Assembly (NCBI GenBank): GCA_963847185.1
Contig: CAWJYV010000008.1
Coordinates: 672,001-736,000 of the forward strand
Source of the DNA: an uncultured Methanosarcinaceae archaeon
GTDB lineage: Archaea; Halobacteriota; Methanosarcinia; Methanosarcinales; Methanosarcinaceae
Length of the DNA stretch: 64,000 nucleotides
Direction of reading: 5' to 3'
Shown here one piece after another: positions 43,351 through 54,015 of this stretch. The notes beneath the pieces were generated by a model that saw only the letters and a program-made list of their open reading frames with translations, did no database searches and was not told where the DNA came from. Position 1 is the stretch's first letter; each line of letters opens with the position of its first letter. A program made the position numbers and the translations under genes.

Positions 43351-46074
43351 ATGAATAAAACTAAAGGAGTGAAGGCAACATCCCAACTTGTTGGGTTGCT
43401 GCTTTGTATGATATTAATTCAGACCGCATGTGCGACCGAAAATCAAAATCAGTTCATTGTGAATTTCCCCAATAATTCCACGTTAGAGAATACAACTATT
43501 GATAATTCTACGATGGAAAATGTAACTATTGAAAATCCGCCAATTGATGATTTAGGTAACTTTACGATAATTGATTATTCAGACAACGATACTATAGTAG
43601 ATCCTTCTTACTTCCATACATATTTAACTGCAGGATACAGCGCCCAGTTCTCTGTGAGTTTCACTAATAACGGTAATGAAAATCTAGTTTTAACGCCAAA
43701 AGTTATAGCTACAGCCGAGATGAACAGCCTAGATGAAAGCTGGATTACTATATCTCCGGCAAATGCGACGGTAGCTCCGGGTTCAGTACAGTATTTTACA
43801 ATTGAAGAAAATGTACCTTGGGATGCATCAGGCGGCAGCTATTATGGAAAGATAGCCTTCACTGACGACATTACGCCTAATACCGAAGGATACGATACTG
43901 ATGCTCAATATGTTAATCAAATGTACCTTTATACTTACGTTTATAGCCAGCCTAAGATAGAGCTTCAGACAAGTTATATTTCGGATAATTTTGAGGCTGG
44001 GACTGAAAACGAGTACAGAATAAAGATTAAAAACGTAGCAACAAGAGACATCACAATCAATCCCACTCTGAGCACATACAATGAATATTATACAGATTAC
44101 GAGCAGGCATTTGGCAACGATGCAATAGAAATTTCTGCACCTTCAACTATAAAAGCAGGTGAAATTGCTAACCTGAGTATACGGGTACATGTTCCTGAAA
44201 ATGCAACAGGAAATTATAACGGGTATATCAACATGAATGTTAATGGGAAAGCTAATGATGGATATGCCTCCGGAATAAATCTCTATTTCAGTGTTTGGCA
44301 ACCTCCAGCTCCTTTCGTGAAAACTTTTTACACTACGACCGACGATCCTATAATTATAGAAGTTTCAGGCGATATGTACAGGTCGGATAACGAATTGCGT
44401 GTCTCACAGGAAAAAGATAAACTCCCATTTGAACTAGGAATGACATATAATTCCAATCCTGTTAATATGACTTTTGTGAATTCATCTGAAAGTGGCAGCG
44501 CCGATGTTCAAGAAAACTATAACTACCCAATATGGGCAAATGGGAACAAAAAAATTTATCAGAATGTCCGAGATCACTATACAGCAACCTACATCGTACC
44601 CGGAGCAATAGGGGAGTGGGATCTTGCTATTCTTCCAAAAGGTGCGAATAACTTCCAATACTCAATAAAGATAGCAAATGATAACCTGGAAAAAACATGG
44701 AATGTAACTAACGAGAATTTAGTACCAGGAAATTCATCTACTGGAAACGCAACTGATGAGAATACATCTACCCCAATGGATGTACCGGAATCGGAAGTAC
44801 TTATTGCAGATTTCAGTACCAATGTATCAAGTGGTTACGTTCCTCTTACTGTGCAGTTCACAGACAATAGTACATTAAGTAGGCTTCAGAGCTCCATACC
44901 ACCGACATTATCTGGCGAAGGGCAGAATATTGCTGATGAACCAGCAAATAACATATCAGATAGTCAGGAAACCAGTGGAGACGACTACTTATACGGCACT
45001 GCAAATGTTGAAAGTATACAGGTTATGACACTGGAATCTTTTCCTGTACAAATACAGGTAGTAGCAGAAGGTTACCTTCCTAATGGCTGCCCTAAAATTG
45101 ATGAAATAACTGTTGAAAGAGAAGAAAATACCTTCAATATTAAAATTAGTACAAAGAGCCCGAAGGATGCAATGTGTACACAGGCAATTGTGCCTTTCAG
45201 TAAAACTATACCTCTTGAAGTCCAGGGACTCAAAGCTGGAAACTATACTGTGAACGTGAATGGAATAATGGGATCTTTCGAGCTTGCAGTTGATAACACA
45301 TTAGACGAGTCTTCCAGTGCTATAACGCCAAGACAACAGGTAATAACCGAAGCTGACAACGGAACAAGCATAAGTCTCAAAAAAGGAGAGAACTTTACAC
45401 TTAAACTTAAGGAGAATCCGGGCTTCACAGGCTATTCCTGGGAACTCAACATGAGTCCTGGGCTTGTCATCCTCAGTGAAGAATATGAAAATCAAAATCC
45501 TCCAGATATGTATGACGGTCCGTTGACTCATTCATGGATAATCGAAGCTGTGGGTCAGGGTGACCAACAGGTAAACGGCATATATAAGAGGCCATGGGAG
45601 AGTACAACTGGCACGGAAAAAACCTTCATACTTAATGTCACGAGCATCTCTCCGGATACAATATCAAGAATCTGGAACTTTGGAGACGGATCTACTTCAA
45701 CCGAGCAGAATCCGGTACACACTTTTACTACAGCAGGAAATTATACTGTTAGTCTGGTAGCAAGCAATGAAAATGAAACCGCTACAAAAACCGCTACAAT
45801 AACTGTTCTAGAACAAACACTACCTCCTGTAGCTAACTTCAACAGCAATGTCACTAGCGGTCGTGTTCCACTTTCTGTACAGTTTATAGACCTATCTGAA
45901 AATGCAACAGAATGGAACTGGGACTTTGGAGATCAAACTTACTCAACAGAGAAGGACCCTGTACATACATACTGTGAGGCCGGGAAATACACTGTCAGCT
46001 TGACAGTAAATAACGAAAATGGGATAGGCACGGAAGAAAAACGCAAATGTATTTTAGTGTCCAAAAGAAAATAA
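43351..46074 (+). CDS. Secreted multidomain protein: Ig-like domains, PKD domains and an I42 (chagasin-like) protease-inhibitor domain
   Basis: Signal peptide; WNFGDG and WDFGD PKD motifs; ENPGFTGYSW...YKRPWE chagasin motifs. Confidence 0.85.
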   Translation: MNKTKGVKATSQLVGLLLCMILIQTACATENQNQFIVNFPNNSTLENTTIDNSTMENVTIENPPIDDLGNFTIIDYSDNDTIVDPSYFHTYLTAGYSAQFSVSFTNNGNENLVLTPKVIATAEMNSLDESWITISPANATVAPGSVQYFTIEENVPWDASGGSYYGKIAFTDDITPNTEGYDTDAQYVNQMYLYTYVYSQPKIELQTSYISDNFEAGTENEYRIKIKNVATRDITINPTLSTYNEYYTDYEQAFGNDAIEISAPSTIKAGEIANLSIRVHVPENATGNYNGYINMNVNGKANDGYASGINLYFSVWQPPAPFVKTFYTTTDDPIIIEVSGDMYRSDNELRVSQEKDKLPFELGMTYNSNPVNMTFVNSSESGSADVQENYNYPIWANGNKKIYQNVRDHYTATYIVPGAIGEWDLAILPKGANNFQYSIKIANDNLEKTWNVTNENLVPGNSSTGNATDENTSTPMDVPESEVLIADFSTNVSSGYVPLTVQFTDNSTLSRLQSSIPPTLSGEGQNIADEPANNISDSQETSGDDYLYGTANVESIQVMTLESFPVQIQVVAEGYLPNGCPKIDEITVEREENTFNIKISTKSPKDAMCTQAIVPFSKTIPLEVQGLKAGNYTVNVNGIMGSFELAVDNTLDESSSAITPRQQVITEADNGTSISLKKGENFTLKLKENPGFTGYSWELNMSPGLVILSEEYENQNPPDMYDGPLTHSWIIEAVGQGDQQVNGIYKRPWESTTGTEKTFILNVTSISPDTISRIWNFGDGSTSTEQNPVHTFTTAGNYTVSLVASNENETATKTATITVLEQTLPPVANFNSNVTSGRVPLSVQFIDLSENATEWNWDFGDQTYSTEKDPVHTYCEAGKYTVSLTVNNENGIGTEEKRKCILVSKRK

Positions 46075-46278
46075 AATTATTGAATAAAAAATGAACGAGA
46101 AGATTAAATCAGTCTCTTCTCACTTTTCCCTTTTTAAGAATTATTCAACCCATCAAAATCAGTAAATGATGACAACGTCACAGTATCCTTTCCTCATATT
46201 CTGGAACTACATTCTGTGCCAAAACCTGATTGATCCTTTTTTGCCTGAGTTCGCCAGGATACCCAGATAGAAATTTTT

Positions 46279-47017
46279 GGTATTGGTACTTAAGTATTGT
46301 ATATATATTATGAGTAACTATATTTCTGTATGAACTGTCCAAGATGTAAGAGTCCCGATCACAAAAAGAACGGTAAAGTTGATGGCCGTCAACGCTACAA
46401 ATGCTCTGATTGTGGATATAACTATTCAGTAGAGATAAAATCAACTGCTAGTTCCGCATCTGTTAAGAGAAAGGCTTTACAACTCTATCTTGAAGGATTA
46501 GGTTTTCGCTCAATAGGACGTTTTTTGGGAGTAAGTCATGTTTCCGTCCAAAGATGGATAAAGAAATTTGGTCAGGAGCTAGAGGAACTAAAAAGCGAAA
46601 ATGAGATCTCTATTGTTGAAGTGGATGAGATGCATACTTACATCGGTAACAAAAAAAATATTGCTGGATCTGGATTGCTGTTAATAGATTTGGGAAAAAG
46701 TTCATCAACTGCTCTTTTGGCAGCAGAGGAACAGAAACTGGACAAAAACTGTGGGAAAAATTAAAGGAAAAAGAGATTGAAAAAGTGATGACTGATCACT
46801 GGAGGGCATATGCAGAATTTCTTCCAGAAAAGATTCATACTCAATCCAAAGCAGAAACGTATACTGTTGAAGGATAACGGCATATTAAGGCACTTTCTGG
46901 CAAGATTGAGGCGAAAGACAAAGTGTTATACTAAGAGTCTTGAAATGCTAAAGTACTCGGTTCTCCTCTTAATGAAATACAGAAATAATGAGTTAACTAT
47001 ATTTAAGTAACAATACC
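46279..47017 (+). mobile_element. IS1-family insertion sequence with a probably defective transposase
   Basis: IRs GGTATTGGTACTTAAGTAT and rc GGTATTGTTACTTAAATAT; 8-bp TSD AAATTTTT at 46271-46278 and 47018-47025; InsA Zn ribbon/HTH at 46330-46764; A8 slip site at 46651-46658 into the InsB frame; a 2-nt loss at VEG(Y)NG creates a stop. Confidence 0.95.
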
Positions 47018-47259
47018 AAATTTTTAATTCCTAAGTTTCAAAGGGGGCACCTGATACAAGATACAACAGATACTGCAAATAATCAGTCAAGTCAGTATTC
47101 AAAAATCAGCTCAATGCAAACTTCTAATATCTCTAGATCGTGATATCAATATGGAACCCTCACAAATTATTGGCTCATCATCTGCCTATCCCTAGTGCTT
47201 CGATTCCAAAATAAATTCCTTATTTAATAGGAAATTCATGATTAATAGGTAGAGGTTTT

Positions 47260-47404
47260 ATGAACATACTTCGGAATCGCAGTACTAGTACTCATTGCAG
47301 CCGGATGTACAGATTCTGGAAAATCTTATTCAGAAAAGAAGTCCTCACAAGAATCACAGCCTGCTGAACAACTCACACCAGTATTCGCTACAAAATCGAT
47401 GTGA
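47260..47404 (+). pseudogene. Lipoprotein gene remnant
   Basis: GAGGT RBS and ATG, then a shifted frame YFGIAVLVLIAAGC|TDSGKS... (lipobox) that stops early. Confidence 0.5.
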
Positions 47405-47696
47405 ATTATAGATTACAGGCCATTCTTATTTTCCCAGACTTGGTCAGTATCTGGGTATCTATATCTATTTTGCTAATTACTCAATTTTTTGCTTACACGG
47501 ATGGAATTCCTCTTCATTAATTGAATTGATAGTCTTCCCACCTTACTATTAATCAAAATTGCGCTGGAGCACCTCGCTGCAAGCTGGCAGAATATTCAAT
47601 TGGAATAAACCAGCGACTCTTGACAACATCCAAAGAAAATTATATATACCTTTAATTTAATGAGTCTCTAATAACATATTTTGCGAGATGATCCTT

Positions 47697-47981
47697 ATGT
47701 CTGACATGAGAAATTTTGTTTTACGAGATGTAGAAGGTAATGAGCACGGAGTTTTCACTGGAAAACAACCTCGACAGGCCGCCCTGAAAGCTGCTAATCG
47801 TGGAACCGGGACTAAATCAAAACCGGATATTATCCGACTCAGGGAACGCGGGACAAAGAAGGTGCACGTTTTCAAGGCATGGAAACAGGTTGTCAAAGCC
47901 CCAGAAAATAGGCCTTCCTGGATGCCAGAGAAAATCAGCAAGCCCTTTGTCAAGAAAGAGAAAATAGAAACAATTGAGTAA
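47697..47981 (+). CDS. Methanogen chromosomal protein MC1
   Basis: RNFVLRD..GNEHGVFTGKQPRQAALKAA, IRLRERGTKKVHVF and RP.WMP motifs. Confidence 0.96.
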   Translation: MSDMRNFVLRDVEGNEHGVFTGKQPRQAALKAANRGTGTKSKPDIIRLRERGTKKVHVFKAWKQVVKAPENRPSWMPEKISKPFVKKEKIETIE

Positions 47982-48066
47982 AATATAGTTTTCCACATAT
48001 ACCTTGAAATTCGATACAGTTATCATTTTATATTTTCATTCAAAAAAAGAACAGTAAAAAATTGAA

Positions 48067-48082
48067 GTGGCGAAATCGCCAC
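48067..48082. terminator. Hairpin between the convergent MC1 and PKD genes
   Basis: GTGGCG-AAAT-CGCCAC next to A-runs (T-runs on the minus strand). Confidence 0.55.
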
Positions 48083-48083
48083 A

Positions 48084-50057
48084 TTATTTTGTTACAGTGA
48101 TATAGCTGGTTGTTGTTTTAGTATTGCTACCGACCCCATTCTTTACCGTCAAGGATACAGTGTATTTACCGGTTTTTGTGAAGGTGTGCGTAGCATTCTG
48201 AGTCGTAGATATAATGCCGTCACCAAAATCCCATTTCCACGATGTAGGATTTCCAGTGCTCTTGTCTGCAAATGTTACTTTTAATGGTGCTTTACCAGAT
48301 GTTACACTAGCAAAGAATGCTGCTACAGGTGCTTTGGAGGCTGTTACAGTGATATATCCTGTTTTTGTTATACTGTTTGAGCCATATGAATTGTTGGCTA
48401 CCAATCTTACGGCATAAGTCCCTGCCTTTGTATAAGTGTGTGTGGCGTTTTTGGTTGAGGAATCAAGACCATCACCGAAATACCACCTTACTGAAGTAGG
48501 GTTATTTGTACTCAGATCAGTGAATTTTACAGTCAGAGGGTAAGTGCCGGATGTTTTATTTACCGTAAAATCTGGAACTGGAATTTTAGATGCTGTGTCT
48601 TCTGTTACGGTGATATACTGATATTTTGTTAGTATACCAGAACCACCACCAGTGTAGTCTTTTAGATTAACTGTATATTTTCCGGCTTTTTCATATGTGT
48701 GTGAAACTGAATTACCATCATCTTCACCTGTATTTTCAACTACACCGTCACCAAAATCCCATTCTCGTCCGTAAGCAGATTGACCGGAGATATCTGTAAA
48801 TGTTACTGTGAATGGTGCTTCACCATTTGTTTCTTGTGCTGTGAAATCGATTACATCTATAGCGTAGCTGTAGATACCGATGGGTATGTAACCAGTTCTA
48901 GTTGTCGTATCATTACCAGCCGAATTCTTTACAGTTAATGTGACAGTGTATCCGCCCTGTTTACCATATACATGAGTTGGATTCTTCTCAGTAGATGTAT
49001 TTCCATCACCAAAATTCCAAGACCATGATGTAGGTGAGCCTGTGCTATCATCAACAAATGAGATTACATCTGTCGCGTTGATTGAATACTCATCTGTTGG
49101 CACCATAGCCCATCGTCTTTCGGCTTCGGGTGAATGAAAAGCTGCTGTGGGTTCTTCTGTTACGGTGATATACTGATATTTTGTTACTGCACCACCACTA
49201 CTACCACCGTCATAATTACGCAGTGTGACAGTGTATTTTCCGGGGTTTTTATAAGTGTGTATTATAGAAGAAGCATTGTCGATTTCGCCAACATTTTCTG
49301 CTGTACCGTCACCAAAATCCCACACGCGAGCATAAATATTATTAGCCTCGCTCAGATCGGTAAACATAACAGCAAATGGTGCTTTTCCGGTTGTTCCGGT
49401 GCTTGTGAAATCAATTGCGTGTGGATTTATCGGGCCAACGCCCACAAGTACATAACAAGTTCTAGTTATCGTATCGTTACCGGCAGAGTTTTTCACTGTT
49501 AATGTGACAGTGTATCCACCCTGTTTACCATATACATGAGTTGGATTCTTCTCAGTAGATGTATTTCCATCACCAAAATCCCAAGACCATAATGCAGGCG
49601 AGCCTGTACTATCATCAATAAAAGAAACAACATCCGATATCTCTATTTCTCCTTCGTCTGTTGTACCACTAAGTAATAGATCGGCTTCAGGCGAATGAAA
49701 TGCAGCTACGGGTTTTACAGTGGTTGACCCTGCAGTTACAGTTATATATCCTGTCTTAGTTGCTGTATTGCTACCAGAAGAATTCTTCACAGTGAGTATA
49801 ACTGTATATTTTCCAGCTTTTGTGTAAGTGTGTGTTGCATTTCGTGTAGATGATTCTATCCCATCACCGAAATTCCATCTCCATGAAATAGGACCTCCAG
49901 TACTCAGGTCACTAAATGTAACTTTTAATGGCATAACTCCAGAGACTGTGTTTGCTTTGAAATTAGCAGTTGGTTTTGCTGCCATAGCAACTGATGATAT
50001 GGAGATTAGGCAAACAACAGTCAGAGCTGTTAAAAGGATTTTGTGTTTAGTGTTCAT
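48084..50057 (-). CDS. Secreted PKD-repeat protein (6 PKD domains)
   Basis: Signal peptide; six W.FGDG...H.Y...G.YTV units; a duplicated AAFHSPEA-containing domain pair. Confidence 0.93.
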   Translation of the reverse strand: MNTKHKILLTALTVVCLISISSVAMAAKPTANFKANTVSGVMPLKVTFSDLSTGGPISWRWNFGDGIESSTRNATHTYTKAGKYTVILTVKNSSGSNTATKTGYITVTAGSTTVKPVAAFHSPEADLLLSGTTDEGEIEISDVVSFIDDSTGSPALWSWDFGDGNTSTEKNPTHVYGKQGGYTVTLTVKNSAGNDTITRTCYVLVGVGPINPHAIDFTSTGTTGKAPFAVMFTDLSEANNIYARVWDFGDGTAENVGEIDNASSIIHTYKNPGKYTVTLRNYDGGSSGGAVTKYQYITVTEEPTAAFHSPEAERRWAMVPTDEYSINATDVISFVDDSTGSPTSWSWNFGDGNTSTEKNPTHVYGKQGGYTVTLTVKNSAGNDTTTRTGYIPIGIYSYAIDVIDFTAQETNGEAPFTVTFTDISGQSAYGREWDFGDGVVENTGEDDGNSVSHTYEKAGKYTVNLKDYTGGGSGILTKYQYITVTEDTASKIPVPDFTVNKTSGTYPLTVKFTDLSTNNPTSVRWYFGDGLDSSTKNATHTYTKAGTYAVRLVANNSYGSNSITKTGYITVTASKAPVAAFFASVTSGKAPLKVTFADKSTGNPTSWKWDFGDGIISTTQNATHTFTKTGKYTVSLTVKNGVGSNTKTTTSYITVTK

Positions 50058-50493
50058 TTTTCTTCCACATAACGGTTATTTTTGAAAGGCATGCACAATT
50101 GCGTAAAGTTCGAACCTTTCATAAATCATTTACACAACAATATAATGTACAAATAATAATTACATGCCACATGTCTAAATTAAGTCTAGATCATTAATTC
50201 AATATTAACGTCGCAACTAAATAGAAAAATAACTCTTATATTAATCAACAAGTAAAATAGTTTCTAATCATTGTTACTTATTAACTTTTATTTTTGAGTC
50301 TAAACATAATACATCTTTTGAAAAGCTACTCTGTTCCCTTTTTCTTGTTTTTTAGACTAGATTAGAAGATGTAATCTAGTCATTATCTTTGGGATACTAT
50401 CTAAATAATGTTAGTCTAACGGGGTAATTATATATAACTAAAGTTTTTATTATGTCTTGAAAAACGTCTAAATAAATTAAAAATGGGGGAAAT

Positions 50494-50901
50494 ATGAAAA
50501 TAAGAGTAGTTAGTTCTAGAGAGGAAATTATTACACTGAATCCAAATGAAAAAGTAGTACATATGGCCTTCAGACCTTCGAACAAAGATATTTTCTTGCT
50601 GGTTGAAACCTGCCCTAAGATTGAGGTTATTCAGTTACCGAAATCTTACAAGGCTACATTCTCAAAGTCCATTCAAATGTTCCTTGAGATGCAGAGAATT
50701 CAGCTACTTGAAGGGGATGTCTGGGGTCATAGGAAGGATATTAATGAATATTATACCGTTCCTTCTTCAGTAATTGAAAGAATTAAGGAAATGAAAATGG
50801 AAGGCAAATCCGCTGAGGAGATTGAGACAAAGATCTCAAGAGAAAGGAAGCTGAATCCTGGAATGATCGCTTATATCCTAACCAAGGAAATTCCTGCCTA
50901 A
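50494..50901 (+). CDS. DUF1699-family protein
   Basis: MKIRVVSSREEI, AFRPSNKD and EGDVWGHRKD motifs. Confidence 0.88.
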   Translation: MKIRVVSSREEIITLNPNEKVVHMAFRPSNKDIFLLVETCPKIEVIQLPKSYKATFSKSIQMFLEMQRIQLLEGDVWGHRKDINEYYTVPSSVIERIKEMKMEGKSAEEIETKISRERKLNPGMIAYILTKEIPA

Positions 50902-51077
50902 ATCCAATTAGTTGCACGTAACTTGGTTAAACTCAATTTCCTCAGAAATCACAAGATTTCAGAGATAATATTTCAGAGATAATAATACAGAATTCAAGGA
51001 AATAGATCAAAAAAAATCTGTCTTCGATGGCTAATATCGGGCAAATAGTGACTAATGATAATATCTGAGGTAATATA

Positions 51078-51410
51078 ATGAAAAAGATTAGCTTATTAGT
51101 AATGGGCTTGCTAGTTATGTCAATAGTGGTGATGTCAGGATGTGCTGATAAAAAATCTGACACTTCTGCCCCTACAGAGGAAAACTCTAGTAACGTGTCT
51201 AATGCCACCATGCCTCCAGGAGTAGAAAGCCCAGGTAACATGTCACCTAATTCTACCATACCTCCAGCTGGAAACCCAGGTGAGATACCATCCAATTCAA
51301 CAATGTCTCCAGGAGGCATTCCACGTAACAACTCTACCATGCCACCAGAAGGAGTTCCACCAGCTGGAAACCCAGATGAAATGCAGAATTCTACTAATGA
51401 AAGTCAGTGA
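51078..51410 (+). CDS. Pro/Asn-rich repeat lipoprotein
   Basis: MSGC lipobox, GAGGT RBS, repeated N-x-T-M/I-P/S-P units. Confidence 0.8.
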   Translation: MKKISLLVMGLLVMSIVVMSGCADKKSDTSAPTEENSSNVSNATMPPGVESPGNMSPNSTIPPAGNPGEIPSNSTMSPGGIPRNNSTMPPEGVPPAGNPDEMQNSTNESQ

Positions 51411-51568
51411 AAAGTCTGGTAAATAAGCATAGGGGATGGTAGTCGGTTAGATTTTAACCCTACTACCCCTTACCTTGACTTTTTTATTGTTTTTCAAAAT
51501 AAGTGATTCACTTTTTTGACACTACGATGTATTCAGATACTTTTCTAGTACTATATCCTTTTGAATTC

Positions 51569-52501
51569 TTAGAGTTTTACTCCTGTTGCATCAAGAAACG
51601 CATCTTCCAACGAGAGAGAGTTTTCCATAAGTTTGAAGACTCTGCCTCCTTGCTCAACGATTAGCTTATTAATTTCCGGTTTAACATCTATTTTTGAATT
51701 TACAAAAATTTCCAAAATATTTTCAGTTTTCGTTTCGGTTTTTACAACAAAATTCAGACTTTCAACGAATGAAATTATTTCAGGGGATAGATTGTAAACT
51801 CCAATTGTAATAACCCCATTTGATTCAAGGTGACGTATCTTTTCAATTGTACTTTCGGTTATAAGCTTGCCTTTATCCAAAATCCCTACATGAGTACAAA
51901 TCTCCTGTACTTCCAGAAGGTTATGAGACGAAAGAAATATTGTAATTCCATTTTTATTGCAGTCACGAAGAATTTCCCGTATTTGCCGGATTCCAACAGG
52001 ATCAAGACCATTTGTGGGTTCATCGAGAATGAGTATTTTAGGCTTATTCAAAAGAGCCTGTGCAACTCCTAACCGAGTTTTCATACCGTGAGAAAAATAG
52101 CTCACTTTTTTGAGCATCCCATTTCCAAGTCCGACCCTATCCAGCAAAACCTTTGATTGCTCCAGGCTCTCTTTTTTGCTCAGGCCTTTTAATCTGCCGT
52201 AATAGATCATGTGGCTTAAGGCAGTCCGTTCATCGTAAAAACCAGAATCCTGGGGAACTAAGCCCAAAATCTGTTTAACTTTTCCAGACTCTAAAGACAA
52301 GTCCATGCCATCAACAAAAATCTGTCCCTGCGTAGGTATGGAAAGCCCCGATAATAACTTTATAGTAGTTGTTTTCCCGGCACCATTTTTACCCAAAAAG
52401 CCGTAGATGCTCCCTTTTTCTACATTAAGGGAAAGATCTTCCAAAACAAACTGGGAGCCATATTTTTTGTGCAGGTTTTTGGTAGAGATAATAGTAGTAA
52501 T
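51569..52501 (-). CDS. ABC-2 type ATP-binding protein; probable ATT start overlapping the permease stop (ORF track starts at TTG 52444)
   Basis: GKNGAGKT, FSHGMK, ILDEP and SSH motifs; upstream in-frame IISTKNLHKKYG. Confidence 0.88.
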   Translation of the reverse strand: MTTIISTKNLHKKYGSQFVLEDLSLNVEKGSIYGFLGKNGAGKTTTIKLLSGLSIPTQGQIFVDGMDLSLESGKVKQILGLVPQDSGFYDERTALSHMIYYGRLKGLSKKESLEQSKVLLDRVGLGNGMLKKVSYFSHGMKTRLGVAQALLNKPKILILDEPTNGLDPVGIRQIREILRDCNKNGITIFLSSHNLLEVQEICTHVGILDKGKLITESTIEKIRHLESNGVITIGVYNLSPEIISFVESLNFVVKTETKTENILEIFVNSKIDVKPEINKLIVEQGGRVFKLMENSLSLEDAFLDATGVKL

Positions 52502-53250
52502 TATAAATCCCTCCTTTTGATTGCTATCAAGCTCATGGACAAAAAGACCAATGTGTACAGGAGCATTGAAAACAGGCTTTCAAAAGCTGTGAGATATCCA
52601 GATCCTACAGAAAGGCTCTTCATTAACTCTAGATTTTTAACACCGTAAAAATAAGGTGTAATATATTCCAGATAACTCTCATCTCCTCGTAAATAGAAAG
52701 AGATCAAAATTACAAGAAAAACAGCAGATATCACAAGGGAAATTTTATTGTTTGTGGATAGAGTTGAAATAAATATAAAGATACTTATAAAGCACCCCAG
52801 GTAAAGACTTGAAGAAATTAAAAACAAAATTGTTTTCTCAAATTGAAATGCATTGCCTGCAGAGTACTGATACACCAAGCTTAGAAGTGCAATCACAAAG
52901 GAAATGGTCGCAAATACACTAAAAAGATAAAAGAACTTTCCTAAGATAAAGGATGATCTTTGAACTTTGGAGATTATGTACCTTACTGATCCAGTTTCAA
53001 TTTCATTGCTTACTATATCATAAGAAGTTATCATTATCATAAAAGGCCCGATAGATAATACAATCAGATATGAAATCCAAGTATAAGGAATACCTTGTGA
53101 ACTTGAAAATAAAAAGGGCAAGGCAGTACTGTAACGCATTGCTACAAAACAAAGAAAGACAAGAATCCCACCAAATATCCACACATACTTACTTTTCGAA
53201 CCTTTCAGTATTTCATCTTCTCCAATAATTTGTATTTCCGAGAAATTCAT
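52501..53250 (-). CDS. ABC-2 type permease
   Basis: E.ETGSVRYIISKVQRSSFILGK, about six TM segments, C-terminal KRRDL; ATG 53250 preferred. Confidence 0.88.
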   Translation of the reverse strand: MNFSEIQIIGEDEILKGSKSKYVWIFGGILVFLCFVAMRYSTALPFLFSSSQGIPYTWISYLIVLSIGPFMIMITSYDIVSNEIETGSVRYIISKVQRSSFILGKFFYLFSVFATISFVIALLSLVYQYSAGNAFQFEKTILFLISSSLYLGCFISIFIFISTLSTNNKISLVISAVFLVILISFYLRGDESYLEYITPYFYGVKNLELMKSLSVGSGYLTAFESLFSMLLYTLVFLSMSLIAIKRRDL

Positions 53251-54015
53251 AAACTTCAGTCCTGTTTTATTCCTGCTTAAATTGTGAGTAAACATTGAAG
53301 AAAAAGCATATTTCCGAAATTTTGCCAATAGTTTTTCCAATTAATGTCTCTCTAATAACCGCACCTATAACTCCTCCCCATGTTTGGATTTAAAACCGAA
53401 AATATCAAAAATTCAAATAATATGGTTCCGACCAGAAATCCCTGTAAACAGTAAATCACGTTTTTCATATTACCAAATTCCAAAACAAATGCTGGTCTAG
53501 AACTTACAAGGCTAAATGGAACAGATTAGTGCAAAAATAATAGATATACTCAGGGATTCCCTGCCTGAATGTACGGTTGAATCGCTTTACCTAAATGAGA
53601 GTGGGAATGATTTGAAAAAGTACTTATTACTTTTATATGTTGTGGCTGAGTTGTCGATTTCTTCTATTTTTCTAAATATCCAAAATATGCGATTATTTCG
53701 AGAGCAGGCGACAAATTAAGCATCAATATACAATAGTAGCTTGCATAAGATAGCATATCAAAAATAGCGATAAGACTTTCTTATTTTATATTAACATTTA
53801 TCTACAATTACTTCCAGACATTATTCATGCAGACCTAAAAATTACCGGTGAAAGTCTCAATCATTAATGGTAGGTCTGGTTTAACCAGCCTACTCGTCTC
53901 ACAGGGCGGGTCTATTTCTCCCGCCCATATCCACAGCTTTTCTAAAAATGCTCTTAACAATGAGATCTAGAAGCAATAGAACTTACGCACCTTAACTTAC
54001 AAAATCAAGAAAGGG

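Noticed and set aside
46178-46444. 88-aa minus-strand ORF
   Set aside because: Spans the IS1 left junction, so it is a chimeric chance frame
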